A DNA stretch of 64,000 bases from Bilabrum cf. latius (Eukaryota). How positions within the stretch are numbered: position 1 is the stretch's first letter; each line of letters starts with the position of its first letter. The stretch covers positions 806,001-870,000 of the forward strand of contig OZ237743.1 of assembly GCA_965178125.1 (NCBI GenBank), in the 5' to 3' direction. Below are positions 62,049 through 64,000 of the stretch, piece by piece. The notes under the pieces are model-generated. The model saw only the letters and a list, made by a program, of their open reading frames with translations, did no database searches and was not told the origin of the DNA. The translations under genes were made by a program, and so were the position numbers.

Positions 62049-64000
62049 TCAAGCATCATGCCTGTAATCTACCTCCTAGAACGCATTGGGGTTGAGGAGG
62101 GCAGCCCGTGTGACGTCCCCGGCGAGCATCTCACTCTTCTGCGCCTCATTCAGCATCCACTTGAGCGCCTCGCTGTGGCGACGACTAATTGGCTGACCGC
62201 TCTGCCCCTTAGGAGTCCCCTTGCCTAGCCGCTTGGAGCGCCGAGAACCAGATTTGGACCCCGCCGAGGCCAAGCCCTGCATCTCGAGCACAGAGCGCCT
62301 CACGCTTGACTTGGCTGCCGTTCGCTTTAAGACGTTCTTAAGCAGTTCCCTAGTTTCCATGTCGTGCAGTGCATTGGCTGCACCGAGCATCCCTGTGTCT
62401 CCTGTGCCTCCCGTGCCGTCCAGAGGTTCCATGACTCTGGCCTGGCTGTCATCCAGAACGCGCAGGTGGTAGATGGCAGTCGCTCGACCAAGCGAGCCAA
62501 GCATGTCCACCAGGTGCTGAGGCCACGTCTGCTCCAACACCGTGTACACCCTGTCCATACCTTCCAGAGCGTCGAACTTCGGCTCGTCGAATTCGGTCTA
62601 CGAGACCATGCTGCCCCTGCGGTGTTGGCCGTGAAGCGTCCCAGGTGAAGGCGACCTGCGACCTGAAACCGCCGTCCCGTGTGTACGAGAGCCGGGGCGC
62701 GCGGTCCGGCTGCTCGACGCAGTACCCATGCCTCCTCGATCAGCCCCAAACGAAGCACCTCTGCCCAGGGTCCGGCCACCTCCACTCCTCGATGAACCGC
62801 GTGCATCCTGTGGTAGAACTTCGATGATGCCCTCCCGCTGCCTCTGGATGTCTTCGATCAGGCCGTTCGCAAATGCCGAGCCGTTTGCTAGCTCGCTTGA
62901 AAGCACCAATCCGCCGGTTTTCTCCGCAGCGGTGCGGCGTCGATCAGGCGGAGCATGCCTCGTGACCGTGTGCTCCACATGAGCTGCAAGACGTCGCGTG
63001 AGCTTGCTCGACATGATGGGCCCCCGCTAAGCTGGCCTTTGGCGCTGGGGACGGCTGCCCTCTGCATCGCTCTCGTCATCATCGCTTCCTTTACTTGCCT
63101 GCTCCACCTATGGACCACCCCCGAATGCACCTCTGGCCTCGTCGTCGCCCTCCGCTCGCTTCTCAATCTCCACTGCACCCACCTTGTCGCCCTACATCTG
63201 CTGCTTGACCTTCCTTCTGTGCAGCGCATTCATCTCGGCCTCTGCTTCCAGCATCTCCTCTTTCTGCTTGCGCTGTGCTTGGCATCGCTTCAAGAGCAGC
63301 ACCTCGGCGAGGGACAAACCCAGCTTCTTTGCCATCACGCCTAGCCCGGCCGTGACACTCATCTGCGAAGCGCGCATCTGGTCTGAATAGCTCACGACAC
63401 CACCGGTGGATTTAGCCTTCCCGATCCGCAGTGATTCTCCTGTCTCTACTGGTGGTTCTCGTTTGAGCCTCTGCCGCTTTGCCAGCCCACGTGGGTTAAG
63501 GCTCTGCATCTGCTTGCGCAAGGCCGTCGCGCTGCTGAATGGACCACGAGCCGCATCTTCCTTCTCTTGCTCTACCAACTGCAGCATTTCGGCCGTGGCA
63601 GGATCCCTGGGATCCATGGCGGACAAGCTGCCGTGCTTCTGCATTTCGGTCTTTCGCAGTGTTGTGCTCCTCGCGTTGGCTGCTATGGTGAGGAGCACGG
63701 GCTCGCTGGCAGATTCCAGCAGCAGGAGCCGCCGGAGCGCGGGCGCAGTCTTCCCAATCATCGAATCGACTTGATGACGACTCTCGTCCTGGACGGCCTG
63801 TCGCTGCGCCTGCATTGTGCGACGGTGCGACCCTGCTGGGATCTTGCCGTACTTAGGCAGCGGCGGGGTCGTGGGCCTTGCCTCACTCTCCGGAGGCGGG
63901 GCAACGGCATGCCCCTGCGACACGCGATCTCCAGCATGCCTTGCAGGCGCACTAGTGGTGGTTCCATCCGGGTAAAACCCAGCTGCCAAAGCCTAGGCTG
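62049..64000 (-). CDS. Hypothetical low-complexity/coiled-coil protein, 5'-truncated by the window edge
   Basis: ORFs 63192-63989, 62598-63014 and 62076-62558 share a frame joined by TAGs at 63993, 63192, 63108, 63027, 62598 and 62076; ends TGA at 62049. Confidence 0.7.

Noticed and set aside
1-64000. Region of decayed pseudogenes
   Set aside because: Interruptions are only TAG, never TAA or TGA. Frames, catalytic motifs and splice sites are intact, and only one frame discontinuity was found in 20 genes.

Overview
This is gene-dense, GC-rich eukaryotic nuclear DNA with canonical GT-AG introns of 84-225 nt and short intergenic spacers. It probably comes from a heterotrophic flagellate protist; a stramenopile/bicosoecid affinity is only a stylistic guess. 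The standard-code ORF track looks fragmented, but the fragments line up in the same frame and are separated only by TAG. Reading TAG as a sense codon merges them into 20 protein-coding genes that end in TGA (17) or TAA (3). About 99 in-frame TAGs (manual count) occur in 18 of the 20 genes, and no internal TAA or TGA was found. The amino acid is Gln: both TAGs in the MOK kinase motif SLE*VNNLREI*ALRRL fall on conserved Gln, and two TAGs in one histidine kinase align with CAG in its tandem paralog. The main finding is therefore a nuclear genetic code with UAG=Gln while UAA and UGA remain stops (equivalent to translation table 15). Genes include a GH28 polygalacturonase, a GH27 alpha-galactosidase with a DUF3011-like insert, a SulP/STAS-like transporter, a MerC-like protein, and TPR, folate-receptor-like, LRR, beta-helix and SAM proteins. 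Also present are an MTG1/RbgA-type GTPase, two tandem multi-pass hybrid histidine kinases with near-identical catalytic-domain tracts, a ~4,100-aa cadherin/sushi/IPT multi-pass surface protein, MOK kinase, an OSCA/TMEM63-like channel with a lectin-like loop, and a PhyH dioxygenase. No RNA genes, CRISPR arrays or mobile elements were recognised.
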